This document shows positions 18,173 through 27,574 of a DNA stretch of 36,260 nucleotides, piece by piece. The stretch's first letter is position 1. Each line of letters opens with the position of its first letter. The translations under genes and the position numbers were made by a program. The stretch covers positions 1 through 36,260 of the forward strand of contig CAYZYX010000018.1 of NCBI GenBank assembly GCA_964482715.1, read 5' to 3'. This DNA is from an uncultured Clostridia bacterium. Its GTDB lineage: Bacteria; Aerophobota; Aerophobia; Aerophobales; B3-G15. The notes under the pieces were generated by a model that searched no databases, was not told the origin of the DNA, and saw only the letters and a list, made by a program, of their open reading frames with translations.

Positions 18173-18460
18173 TCTTTGATCCAGGCTTTTTGTCTTATCT
18201 GGAACATAAAAGATACCTTACTTTTAAAATGTAGGATATACTCCTCATCCTAATAGAAAGTGCCAAAGTTAATCGGTAAAAAGTTGGATTATAAATTAGA
18301 ATTAGGAATATCAATAAAGAAAGTAGATTTCGGATTTGACTCATAATAGGATATGAGACCTCTGGGTATGTCCCTATGTGGAGCTGGCAAGGATATGTTT
18401 GAAAAAGAAGTATAAGATTTCTCTGAAAACTGTCCAAAAATAAAAAGAGGAGGTTAGGCT

Positions 18461-19033
18461 ATGGATATTAAAGGGACACGCACGGAAAAGAATATACTTA
18501 CGGCTTTTGCCGGTGAGTCTCAGGCAAGAAATCGCTACACTTTCTTTGCCTCACAGGCAAAAAAGGAAGGGTATGAACAGATAAGCGCTATATTTCTTGA
18601 AACTGCAGACAATGAGAAAGAACATGCCAAAAGACTTTTCAAACTTCTTGAGGGAGGAGAGGTAGAAATTCAAGCTGCCTTTCCAGCAGGTGTGATTGGA
18701 GACACAGAGGACAATCTTAGAGCAGCCGCTGCGGGTGAAAACTACGAACACACCACCATGTACCCGGAGTTTGCCAGAGTAGCAGAAGAGGAGGGATTTT
18801 CAGAAATAGCAGCTATATTCAGGGCAATTGCTGTTGCTGAAAGGCAACATGAAAAAAGATATCTTTCTCTCTCAAAAAACCTGGAAGAAAATCGTGTTTT
18901 CGAGAAAGAAAAAGTTGTTAGATGGAAGTGTCGAAATTGTGGTTATATCCATGAAGGAAAAGAAGCACCAAAAGAGTGCCCTGCTTGTGCTCATCCGAGG
19001 GCTTATTTTGAGCTTCTCTGCGAAAATTACTGA
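18461..19033 (+). CDS. rbr: Rubrerythrin
   Basis: [20 protein letters not shown] di-iron motifs; C-terminal CRNC...CPAC domain. Confidence 0.95.
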   Translation: MDIKGTRTEKNILTAFAGESQARNRYTFFASQAKKEGYEQISAIFLETADNEKEHAKRLFKLLEGGEVEIQAAFPAGVIGDTEDNLRAAAAGENYEHTTMYPEFARVAEEEGFSEIAAIFRAIAVAERQHEKRYLSLSKNLEENRVFEKEKVVRWKCRNCGYIHEGKEAPKECPACAHPRAYFELLCENY

Positions 19034-19052
19034 ATTCAGACTACCATTTCCC

Positions 19053-19080
19053 TTGACTATAAAAGCTTATTTTATAAGAT
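19053..19080 (+). promoter_or_regulatory. Possible valS promoter
   Basis: TTGACT-N16-TAAGAT, 19 nt before ATG 19100. Confidence 0.45.
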
Positions 19081-19099
19081 GAGGCTTAAGGAAAGGTCC

Positions 19100-21739
19100 A
19101 TGGAGAAAAGATATAATCCAAAGTTAGTGGAAGAGAAGTGGGAGAAATTTTGGGAAGAAAAAAGGTATTTTTCTCCATCTCCCGGTAAAAAAAATAAAAC
19201 TTTTTCCATGGTCATGCCACCTCCCAACATAACGGGAGTTCTGCATATGGGACATGCTTTTAACATGACTTTGCAGGATATAGTAGCCAGATTCAAAAGA
19301 ATGCAGGGTTATGAAGTTCTCTGGATTCCCGGGATTGACCACGCCGGTATAGCGACTCAAAATGTGGTGGAAAAAGAACTTTTGAAAAAAGGACTCACGA
19401 GGGAAAAATTGGGCAGAGAGGAATTTGTCAAGAGGATCTGGCAGTGGAAGGAGGTATATGGAGAGAGGATCTTTAATCAGATGAAAAAACTTGGAATCTC
19501 CTGCAGTTGGGAGGACAGAAAGTTTACCATGGACGAGGATCATTGTCGAGCCGTAAGAGAGGTATTTGTCACTCTGTATGAAGAAGGATATATCTATAAA
19601 GGTGACTATATTATTAATTGGTGTCCTCGTTGCCAAACAGCTCTCTCAGATATTGAGGTGGAGTATGAAGAAATTCAGGGTAAGCTTTACTATATTAAAT
19701 ACCCTTTTTGCGATGCGGAGAAAGAATGTAAAGAGTATCTGGTGGTTGCCACAACAAGACCCGAAACAATGCTTGGTGATGTAGCAGTGGCAGTGAACCC
19801 CGGTGATGAGAGGCATAAGAAATTTCATGGTAAAAGGCTAAAGCTTCCTCTGGTGGGAAGAATCTTACCCTTAATCTACGACGATTATGTGGATCCTGAC
19901 TTTGGTAGTGGAGCTTTGAAGGTTACTCCTGCCCACGATGTGGAAGATTTTAACATTGGGAAGAGACATAACCTTCCCTTGATTAACATATTCAATAAAG
20001 ATGCAACCATTAATGAAAATGGAGGAATTTACAAGGGACTTGATCGCTACCAGTGTCGTGAAAAAATTATAAAAGATTTAAAAAACAAAGGCTATCTGGA
20101 CAGGATTGAAGATTACACCTACAGGTTGGGTAAGTGTTATAGATGTGGTACGGTGATCGAGCCATATCTGTCCTCTCAGTGGTTCGTGAGAATGAGAGAT
20201 CTGGCAGATAAAGCAATTGAAGTTGTGAAACAGGGAAAAATAAAGTTTTATCCCTCTTACTGGGAAAGAAGCTATTTTGACTGGCTGGAGAGAATACATG
20301 ACTGGTGCATCTCCCGTCAGATCTGGTGGGGACATAGACTACCTGTCTGGTATTGTGAAGATTGTGGCAAAGTGATGGTTATGCGGGAGGATCCTGCTAA
20401 TTGCAAGGGGTGTGGCTCCGCAAAAATAAGGCAGGATGAGGATGTTCTTGATACCTGGTTCTCCTCCAGCCTCTGGCCCTTTTCTACTCTGGGGTGGCCA
20501 GCCAGAGGAAAAAAATTTGAAAAATTTTATCCCACCTCTTTGCTTTGTAGTGGGTGGGACATTCTCTTCTTCTGGGTGGCACGAATGATAATGATGGGAT
20601 TGAAATTTACCGGTAAACCTCCTTTCTTAAAAGTTCATATTCATCCTCTTATTGGTGACGAAAAAGGAGAAAAGATGAGTAAATCAAAGGGAAATGTGGT
20701 AGATCCACTAATGTTGATGGAGAAATACGGGACCGATGCTTTTCGTTTTTCCCTCGTGGCATTGAAAACAGAAAGTCCATACCTTCGTTTTTCCGAAGAG
20801 AGAGTAAAAGGTTACCGCAATTTTGCCAATAAAATCTGGAATGCATCACGTTTTGTTTTAATGAATCTGGAAGAATTTAATCCTTCAGAAGAGACGTTAT
20901 TGATGGAGGATGAATTAGAATTAGCTGACCGGTGGATTTTATCTCGATACGGAAGGGTTATTGACGAGGTCACTCAAAATCTGGAAAGTTTTAATTTTTC
21001 CAGATCAGCTCAACTTATATATCAGTTTATATGGTCGGATTTTTGTGATTGGTATATTGAACTGGTTAAATCGAGACTGAGAATGAAAAATAGATCCTCT
21101 GAGATTGCAAAAGCTATTCTCTATGAGGTGCTTAAGGGAGGTTTGAAGCTTCTTCACCCCTTTATGCCCTTTATTACGGAAGAGATATTTCACCGTTTAC
21201 CAGAGACCGGAGAGAGTATAATGATTTCAGATTGGCCCAAAAGAAAGTGGAAAATAGATTACCAGGCAGAAAGTGTAATGGTTTTAATAATGGATACAGT
21301 AATAGAGATAAGAAGCATCAGATCCGAAATGAAAATACCTCCTCAAAGAAAAATAGAAGTCCGAATTGGTGCTTCAAATGATCTATACAGGGAAATTCTT
21401 GAACGGAATTCCACTTATATTGTGGATTTGGCAGGTATAGAGAAGTTAAGTATAGCCCAAAAGGTGAATAGACCCTCAAAGTGTGCGTCAGGGATTGTCA
21501 GGGATATAGATATTTTTATTCCTCTTGAGAAAATAGTTAACATAGATAAAGAGAGAGAACGTCTTCAAAAAGAACTGCAGAGGATAGAGCAAGAATATCT
21601 ATGGACGAAGGAAAAACTTGATTCTGATCTCTTTCTGAAAAAAGCTCCTCCAGAAGTTGTGGAAAAAGAGAAAAGAAAGGAAACTGAATTCAAGCTAAAA
21701 CTGGAAAAACTAAAAAAGAGAATAGAGGATTTAAAATAA
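19100..21739 (+). CDS. valS: Valine--tRNA ligase
   Basis: PPPNITGVLHMGH, DHAGIATQ, ATTRPET, DWCISRQIWWGH, KMSKS, C-terminal coiled coil; start MEKRY preferred over 19079. Confidence 0.97.
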   Translation: MEKRYNPKLVEEKWEKFWEEKRYFSPSPGKKNKTFSMVMPPPNITGVLHMGHAFNMTLQDIVARFKRMQGYEVLWIPGIDHAGIATQNVVEKELLKKGLTREKLGREEFVKRIWQWKEVYGERIFNQMKKLGISCSWEDRKFTMDEDHCRAVREVFVTLYEEGYIYKGDYIINWCPRCQTALSDIEVEYEEIQGKLYYIKYPFCDAEKECKEYLVVATTRPETMLGDVAVAVNPGDERHKKFHGKRLKLPLVGRILPLIYDDYVDPDFGSGALKVTPAHDVEDFNIGKRHNLPLINIFNKDATINENGGIYKGLDRYQCREKIIKDLKNKGYLDRIEDYTYRLGKCYRCGTVIEPYLSSQWFVRMRDLADKAIEVVKQGKIKFYPSYWERSYFDWLERIHDWCISRQIWWGHRLPVWYCEDCGKVMVMREDPANCKGCGSAKIRQDEDVLDTWFSSSLWPFSTLGWPARGKKFEKFYPTSLLCSGWDILFFWVARMIMMGLKFTGKPPFLKVHIHPLIGDEKGEKMSKSKGNVVDPLMLMEKYGTDAFRFSLVALKTESPYLRFSEERVKGYRNFANKIWNASRFVLMNLEEFNPSEETLLMEDELELADRWILSRYGRVIDEVTQNLESFNFSRSAQLIYQFIWSDFCDWYIELVKSRLRMKNRSSEIAKAILYEVLKGGLKLLHPFMPFITEEIFHRLPETGESIMISDWPKRKWKIDYQAESVMVLIMDTVIEIRSIRSEMKIPPQRKIEVRIGASNDLYREILERNSTYIVDLAGIEKLSIAQKVNRPSKCASGIVRDIDIFIPLEKIVNIDKERERLQKELQRIEQEYLWTKEKLDSDLFLKKAPPEVVEKEKRKETEFKLKLEKLKKRIEDLK

Positions 21740-21740
21740 G

Positions 21741-22265
21741 ATGAAAAAACTAATAGCTGTTTGTGGAAGTGAAGCTGACGATCCAAATTTGTCTGCTGCC
21801 ACGTTAAATGTAGCTGAGAGAGTTGGGAGATTGATTGCAGAAAAAGGTGCCATTTTGGTTTGTGGTGGAGGGGGTGGAATTATGGAGGCTGCCTGCAGAG
21901 GAGCAAAAAGTGCCAATGGGTTAACTGTAGGCATTTTACCTGGAGATAAGAGGTATGCAAATCCCTATGTCGATATTGGTATTACCACTCACCTCGGAAG
22001 AGCAAGGAACTATATTTTAGTTCAAAGTGCTGATGTGGTAATAGGGATTGCAGGAAGATGGGGAACTCTAAATGAGATTTCTTTTGCCTGTAATATTGGC
22101 AAACCCGTAGTGATTATTAAGGGAAGTGGTGGCTGGATGGATATACTCTCCTGTGAGAAGGTGAAAGAGAAATTAAAAGATTTGTCCACCTATCCACTGG
22201 TTACAAGCTCTCCAGAAGAAGCCATAAACATAGCTTTCAGGTTAATACATGAAGCTGAAAGATAA
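21741..22265 (+). CDS. TIGR00725 / LOG-like Rossmann-fold protein
   Basis: LVCGGGGGIMEAACRGA, VGILPG, ARN, GTLNEI. Confidence 0.85.
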   Translation: MKKLIAVCGSEADDPNLSAATLNVAERVGRLIAEKGAILVCGGGGGIMEAACRGAKSANGLTVGILPGDKRYANPYVDIGITTHLGRARNYILVQSADVVIGIAGRWGTLNEISFACNIGKPVVIIKGSGGWMDILSCEKVKEKLKDLSTYPLVTSSPEEAINIAFRLIHEAER

Positions 22266-23181
22266 ACCTGAATTGACTCAGATTGGTGGACAGGCAGTTA
22301 TTGAGGGGGTAATGATGCGCTCCCCTAAATGTGTGGCCATAGCTGTTAGAAAAAGTAATGGAGAGATTGTGGTGAAGAAAGAGCCTTTTGTTTCTCTGGT
22401 TAAAAAACACAGGTTTTTAAATTTTCCCATTTTAAGAGGAGCAATTGCTCTGGTGGAAACTCTGTACATTGGAATGAAAGCACTTAGTTTCTCTGCTGAT
22501 GTTTTGATTCAGGAGGAAGAAGAAGGGGAAAAAAAGCAAAGTGAACAAAAAATTTGTGAGGAAAATCCACACCAGAAAAGTGATTTTTTTACCAGCCTCT
22601 GGCTTGTTATAACTTTGGTGATTGGAGTGGTCCTCGCTTTATTTCTTTTCTTTTATCTTCCCCTGTTAATTGCCGACTTTATCGGGGTGAAACAAGGGTT
22701 TTTATTTAATCTCACAAGTGGAATGATAAGGATATCCATCTTCCTTGTTTACCTCTGGATTATAACTTTATGGAAGAGCATGCGGAGGATTTTTGAGTAT
22801 CACGGTGCTGAACATAAAAGCATTTATGCCCTTGAATCAGGAGAAAAACTTGAGGTGAAAAATGTTAGAAAATATTCAACTCATCATCCCCGTTGTGGGA
22901 CGAGTTTTCTTCTTATCGTAATGTTGGTCAGTATAGCGGTTTATATATTTTTAGGCAGGCCTCAAACCGTTACTGATCGGTTGACAAGACTTCTTTTTGT
23001 TCCTCTTATTGCCGGGATTTCGTATGAGATAATTAAGCTTTCAGGGAAAAAGAGGTTAAGTAAATTGATGAAAATTTTCTTAGCTCCAGGACTCTGGCTC
23101 CAAAGACTAACCACCAAAGAACCCGATGATGAACAGCTTAAGGTAGCAATAGTTGCTCTGGAAAAATGTCTGGAAGAATAA
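22249..23181 (+). CDS. DUF1385 family membrane protein
   Basis: IGGQAVIEGVMMR, FEYHGAEHK, HPRCGTSF, LQRLTTKEP. Confidence 0.9.
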   Translation: MKLKDKPELTQIGGQAVIEGVMMRSPKCVAIAVRKSNGEIVVKKEPFVSLVKKHRFLNFPILRGAIALVETLYIGMKALSFSADVLIQEEEEGEKKQSEQKICEENPHQKSDFFTSLWLVITLVIGVVLALFLFFYLPLLIADFIGVKQGFLFNLTSGMIRISIFLVYLWIITLWKSMRRIFEYHGAEHKSIYALESGEKLEVKNVRKYSTHHPRCGTSFLLIVMLVSIAVYIFLGRPQTVTDRLTRLLFVPLIAGISYEIIKLSGKKRLSKLMKIFLAPGLWLQRLTTKEPDDEQLKVAIVALEKCLEE

Positions 23182-23199
23182 AGCAAACAAAAAAGTTTT

Positions 23200-24384
23200 T
23201 TAAATTTCCTCCCATAAAAAAAGCTGGGTACTCTCCTCTTCTTTTATCTGAGAAGAGGACGGGTAAAATTTTCCATTAATGGTAAGGAAGTTTCTGGCTC
23301 TTTTGACCACACAACCTGTAGCTTTTAATTCATCTAAGCTGGTAATTTTTCCCTTACTTCTTGTCTCTATAATTCTCTTGGCTGAGATTTTCCCAATACC
23401 AGGAACTCTTAAAAGTTCCTGGTAGCTTGCCTTGTTTACCTCCAGGGGAAATTTTTCAGGGTGAGAAAAAGCCCAGGCAAGCTTTGGATCCCTGTCCAGA
23501 GGAAGAAATCCTTCTTTTCCAAAAGGTAGTTCTTCCGGAGTAAATCCGTAGCCTCTCAGGAGAAAATCTGCCTGATATAACCTGAATTCCCTCAGAGGCA
23601 GGCAAGGAGAATTATTCTCCAGAGGAGTATCTTTGAGAGGAATAAAACCGCTATAGTAGACCCTCCACAATTTATATTTTTTATAGAGTTGATAGGAAAG
23701 ACTCAAAATTTCTCTATCTGATTCTCCTGCTGCCCCTACTACAAGCTGGGTAGTAATTCCGGCTTTTAGTGGAATTTTTTTACTGATGCGTGAGATTTTT
23801 TGCAGGGTAGAGAAAAGTTGTTTTTGAAAATCTTTTGTCGGGGATAATCGGGAAAGATAAAAAGAGGAGGGGGCTTCCAGATTGACTGATACCCTGTCAG
23901 CAAGCTTAGCACTTTTTTCAATAAGAGAATCTTCACTTCCTGGTAAGATCTTAAAGTGAATATACCCCTCATAATGGTACTTTTTTCTTATCAGCCAGAG
24001 GGTTTTGAACATTTGTTCCTGGGTTTTTTTTACAGAATCATAAATCGCCGAGGATAAGAAAAAACCATCTGCTTGGCCACTTTGATGGTATTTTATAAAG
24101 AGACGGGCAAGTTCAGCGGGTGAGAAGCTGGTTCTAATAAAATTTCTATCTTTTCGATTAGCGCAGTAATAACAGTTGCCCTCGCAATAGTTTGTTTGTA
24201 AAACTTTAAAAAGCCACACACATCTTCCCCCTTTTCCAACTGCAGGGTAGATAAACTTGAACCTCTGGAATTTTTTGGATTTTTGCGTAAAAATTCGGGG
24301 TAGGCCACATACGTCAAACTCAGCTGTTCTTCCCAGAATTTGAAGTTTATCATCAGTTGATGGCTTTTTTAGAAGGTAAGGCAT
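23200..24384 (-). CDS. Putative DNA modification/repair radical SAM protein (TIGR03916-like) with C-terminal HhH
   Basis: CEGNCYYC, FFLSS, YIHFK, DRVSVNLE, RLYQADFLLR.YGF, LLRVPGIG. Confidence 0.85.
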   Translation of the reverse strand: MPYLLKKPSTDDKLQILGRTAEFDVCGLPRIFTQKSKKFQRFKFIYPAVGKGGRCVWLFKVLQTNYCEGNCYYCANRKDRNFIRTSFSPAELARLFIKYHQSGQADGFFLSSAIYDSVKKTQEQMFKTLWLIRKKYHYEGYIHFKILPGSEDSLIEKSAKLADRVSVNLEAPSSFYLSRLSPTKDFQKQLFSTLQKISRISKKIPLKAGITTQLVVGAAGESDREILSLSYQLYKKYKLWRVYYSGFIPLKDTPLENNSPCLPLREFRLYQADFLLRGYGFTPEELPFGKEGFLPLDRDPKLAWAFSHPEKFPLEVNKASYQELLRVPGIGKISAKRIIETRSKGKITSLDELKATGCVVKRARNFLTINGKFYPSSSQIKEEESTQLFLWEEI

Positions 24385-24403
24385 CTTTTCTTCTTTAAAA
24401 TGT

Positions 24404-24431
24404 ATTGTAAATCATACTCTGAAGATGTCAA
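24404..24431 (-). promoter_or_regulatory. Sigma70-type promoter of the radical SAM gene
   Basis: Minus strand TTGACA-N16-TACAAT. Confidence 0.6.
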
Positions 24432-24441
24432 TTATAAGCTA

Positions 24442-24627
24442 CTGACATTGGATAATTTTCACCTATACCTTTCGCTTCAGGCTCCCGGGTATCTCACCTA
24501 TTATTTCAGTGCAGCAGGCCTTTCCTTTTTGTGGGTGCAATGGTTTCTACTGCTCACCAAAAAGAGGCTTCCTCGCAAGGTATCTCCGGAGCCTTTATCT
24601 TCATGAGAAAAACTGTCCCAATTTCAG
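24442..24627. mobile_element. MITE-like dispersed element, copy 2 (186 bp, internally deleted)
   Basis: TIRs CTGACATTGGATAATTTT / AAAAACTGTCCCAATTTCAG; colinear with copy 1 apart from a 32-bp deletion and a diverged centre. Confidence 0.8.
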
Positions 24628-24690
24628 TGGGTTGCTAAGATTATTTACTTTACTTTCCAGCTTTTGTATGGTAAAATTTCTACTGAAAAG

Positions 24691-25173
24691 ATGAAGGTAA
24701 AAAGATTGACCGGTTTATTCATTTTAATTGTGGTTGGTTCTTTTCTACTTTCTTCATGTGGGGCACCCCCGGCAGTAGAGAGGGAGAGAACATACCATGT
24801 TGATTTTGACACCACCTGGAAGGCGGTGAAACACGTACTTCAAAAAAGGATGTACCCGGTAAAGGTTATCAAAAAAGAAAAAGGATTGATCATAACCGAC
24901 TATGTAAATTTTGCTCGAGGTAAAAATGCCAAAAGAAAAATCGATACAGTTGCTATCCGCCCATCTGGTTTCTGGTTCAGATGGAGGGAGGGCAGATTTT
25001 CCATATCTATTCAGGTGATAAGGGCAGGAAAAAAAGTCACCAGGGTTAAGATAAGACTTTATGTGGAAGCCTATGAAAGCAGGGTGACCTTCAGGTGGCA
25101 CCTGTGTCAATCAAGGGGAAATTTAGAAAAAGAACTATTCAGAGAAATTGAGGAGGAAATCAGGATTTCTTAA
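24691..25173 (+). CDS. Basic lipoprotein, possibly BamC-like fold
   Basis: Signal peptide with lipobox LSSC; FDTTWKAV...GLIITDY pattern. Confidence 0.65.
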   Translation: MKVKRLTGLFILIVVGSFLLSSCGAPPAVERERTYHVDFDTTWKAVKHVLQKRMYPVKVIKKEKGLIITDYVNFARGKNAKRKIDTVAIRPSGFWFRWREGRFSISIQVIRAGKKVTRVKIRLYVEAYESRVTFRWHLCQSRGNLEKELFREIEEEIRIS

Positions 25174-25872
25174 AGGTTTAAAGATTACATTGAGACTTTC
25201 CTGGTATCCTTTTACTATTTGTAAAGTTATATCTTCCATGTTCACTGAATCATTTTTTAACCTTTGCAGGGAGATAATTTCATCACGTATTGCCGGACCA
25301 TAGAATCTTTCCAGCGTTTCCAGATATTGGCTATCCGCCTGGACAAATAAGGTTCCATGGAGAAGACAGAACTTTTCCCTTACCAGTAAAGATAACCCGG
25401 CTATTTTTTTCTTTTTCACCAGAAGATCAAAGGAACCCGGACAAAAGACCTTAACTTTTCCGTGATAAACGCAGATTTTTAATTTTTGTAAAGCCAGAAC
25501 TACCCCTGAAGAGAGGGTGAAGAAAATTCTATCAATTCCCCACTGTTCGGGAATAATTTCCCGAGGAACGGCCAGGCCAAAGTTTAGACAGGTTGGATCA
25601 TGAAGAATAAGTCCCCCTCCACTTGCACGGATGTAAATGGGTATCCTGGCTTCTGTGAGATTTTTTCTCTGAGATTCTGTTAATCTGGTAGCATAAACTT
25701 TTCCCAGAACAAAGCACTTCCGGGAGGGTATCCAGAGTTCTAAAAAAGGAGGAATCTTCATTTCTCCTGCTTTCAAGGCCAACCTTTCCTCTTTTTCTAA
25801 CACTTTTCCTGAATCAGCTAATTTATAGTCTATCAAAACCCATTTTCTGGAATGACTGTTATGTCTATTCAT
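25135..25872 (-). CDS. lipL: Lipoate-protein ligase family, LipL-like octanoyl/lipoyl amidotransferase
   Basis: RASGGG, FCPGSFDL (Cys position typical of LipL), KKIAG; no LplA C-terminal accessory domain. Confidence 0.7.
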   Translation of the reverse strand: MNRHNSHSRKWVLIDYKLADSGKVLEKEERLALKAGEMKIPPFLELWIPSRKCFVLGKVYATRLTESQRKNLTEARIPIYIRASGGGLILHDPTCLNFGLAVPREIIPEQWGIDRIFFTLSSGVVLALQKLKICVYHGKVKVFCPGSFDLLVKKKKIAGLSLLVREKFCLLHGTLFVQADSQYLETLERFYGPAIRDEIISLQRLKNDSVNMEDITLQIVKGYQESLNVIFKPLRNPDFLLNFSE

Positions 25873-25888
25873 CTTCCACTTTTTTAAA

Positions 25889-25917
25889 ATTATAGATTAA
25901 TTTCTCTATCCGGTCAA
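25889..25917 (-). promoter_or_regulatory. Sigma70-type promoter of the lipL-like gene
   Basis: Minus strand TTGACC-N17-TATAAT. Confidence 0.6.
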
Positions 25918-25951
25918 AAGACTTAAATTAGAAAGAGAAATACAAGTTAAC

Positions 25952-25979
25952 TTGTCAGAAATAAAATATTTGGTATATT
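25952..25979 (+). promoter_or_regulatory. Possible promoter of the receiver/kinase/metVF operon
   Basis: TTGTCA-N16-TATATT with extended TG. Confidence 0.45.
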
Positions 25980-26017
25980 ATGAAACTGCTTTTGAGTGAA
26001 ACTCCAGGATTGATAAA

Positions 26018-26428
26018 TTGCAGCCAAGTATTCTCATAATTGATGATGATCAGGATATCTTGGAAGCGTTAAGGATAATTCTGGAGGGAGAATCATATAA
26101 AGTAAGAGTGGCTCTTGATGGTCAACAAGGGTTAAAGGCAATTGAAGAAGAAAAGCCCGATCTTATAATTCTTGATCTTCTTTTACCTGGAAAAGATGGA
26201 GTGTCTGTATGTGGGAGTTTAAAGACACGTCCTGAATATCGGAATATTCCAGTGATCGTACTAACCGCCCTGACAAAGAAAATGGGCGATAAAATATTCA
26301 CTCAAAGAGAGGAAAAAGTTTTAAGGGAGGTTGATGGGTATCTGGACAAGCCGGTTAATCCCCAGGAACTTTTAATCAAAGTAAGAGAATTACTTGAAAG
26401 AGAAAAAGATGAGAAGACCAGAGGTTAG
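26018..26428 (+). CDS. Single-domain response regulator receiver
   Basis: IDDD, LIILDLLLP, LT, DKP; no output domain. Confidence 0.9.
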   Translation: MQPSILIIDDDQDILEALRIILEGESYKVRVALDGQQGLKAIEEEKPDLIILDLLLPGKDGVSVCGSLKTRPEYRNIPVIVLTALTKKMGDKIFTQREEKVLREVDGYLDKPVNPQELLIKVRELLEREKDEKTRG

Positions 26429-27551
26429 CAAATTAGAAGAGATGCTGGGTGAACAATTCGGAGTCGAAATCTTAAATTCTATGGGACTTGCTACTGTCGT
26501 TCTGGACAGGGAGTTTAACATAACATGGGCTAATAATGAGTATAAGAAGTTACAGAGAGAGCCAGGAGAAATAATTGGAAAAAAATGTTACGAGGTCAGT
26601 TTTAACAGTAAGGTCCCCTGTTCAGAGAAAGTATGTGCAGTTCGTAGAACTCTGAAAACAAACTGCAGTTCAAAGGGATTGAAAATTATTAAAAAAGATG
26701 GCGAAGAGAAATTTCTTGATGTTTTCTCCTTTCCGCTTTTTTCTCCTCAAGGGAAATTAGAATATGTTGTGGAAGTAATCCAGGACAACACCCAGCTTTA
26801 CAAATTGGTAGAGCTGTCTGATCGATTAACAGCCTATGCTTCCCATGAGTTAAAAACCCCTCTTGCCACTATCCATCAGCTGGCAACTGTTTTAAGAGGT
26901 ATTGATTTACCAAAGGAAAAGAGAAACGATCTTTACGACCGCATCATATCCCGCAGTCAGCATGGACTCAAGACAGTGGAAAACTTTCTTATTTATTCCA
27001 AAATAAAAGCAGGTGAACTGGAAATTACACCGGTTAAGATAAATTTCTATTCACAGGTGATAAAAGAAGTTCTTGATTTTCATACTGATTATGCCCTGGA
27101 AAAAGGAGTCGAATTTGAATGTGAAATTCCCCAGGACCTGGAGGTTATCTGTGATCCTGACTATATCCAGGTGGTCTATAATAATCTTATCACCAACGCC
27201 ATAAAGCATGGAGGAGAAAAGGTCTTTATATATCTGGGATATTCTGAAAAAAATCACGATTATCATGTTTTTAACGTTGCCAACACAGGAAAATTTATCT
27301 CTGAGGAGGACAGAGAAAAGATATTTCAGCGATACGTAAGCGGAAGGGAGAGAGGTTCGGGGATCGGTCTTGATGTTAGTAGAGAGCTTGTAAAAAAACA
27401 TGGAGGGAAGATCTGGGTTGAACCCTGTTACTTTCTGGGAAAGAGGTGTTTCTGGCAGGAGGAAAAGGTTAAGTTAAAGATTAAAGAGAATGAACTGACC
27501 CAGGGAAATAATTTTGTATTCACTATAAGTAAAAAATTAAAAGCAAAATAA
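26409..27551 (+). CDS. Soluble PAS-domain sensor histidine kinase
   Basis: PAS-like N-terminus; H-box SHELKTPL, N-box NLITNAIKH, F-box IFQRY, G2 GSGIGL; no TM segment. Start codon uncertain. Confidence 0.85.
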   Translation: MRRPEVSKLEEMLGEQFGVEILNSMGLATVVLDREFNITWANNEYKKLQREPGEIIGKKCYEVSFNSKVPCSEKVCAVRRTLKTNCSSKGLKIIKKDGEEKFLDVFSFPLFSPQGKLEYVVEVIQDNTQLYKLVELSDRLTAYASHELKTPLATIHQLATVLRGIDLPKEKRNDLYDRIISRSQHGLKTVENFLIYSKIKAGELEITPVKINFYSQVIKEVLDFHTDYALEKGVEFECEIPQDLEVICDPDYIQVVYNNLITNAIKHGGEKVFIYLGYSEKNHDYHVFNVANTGKFISEEDREKIFQRYVSGRERGSGIGLDVSRELVKKHGGKIWVEPCYFLGKRCFWQEEKVKLKIKENELTQGNNFVFTISKKLKAK

Positions 27552-27574
27552 AAAACTTTTACCTGGGGAGAAAG

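Noticed and set aside
18426-18435. AAAACTGTCC resembling the element's right TIR upstream of rbr
   Set aside because: 10-bp match only, with no partner TIR or internal homology.
18195-18437. 80-aa minus-strand ORF, and a possible PerR/Fur box upstream of rbr
   Set aside because: No SD or recognisable motif in the ORF; the AT-rich box-like sequence is too degenerate to support.
19034-19099. T-box leader for valS
   Set aside because: Only 66 bp available and no T-box sequence or terminator.
25135-25173. 39-bp tail-to-tail overlap of the lipoprotein and lipL-like genes
   Set aside because: Short convergent overlaps are common; no sign of function.
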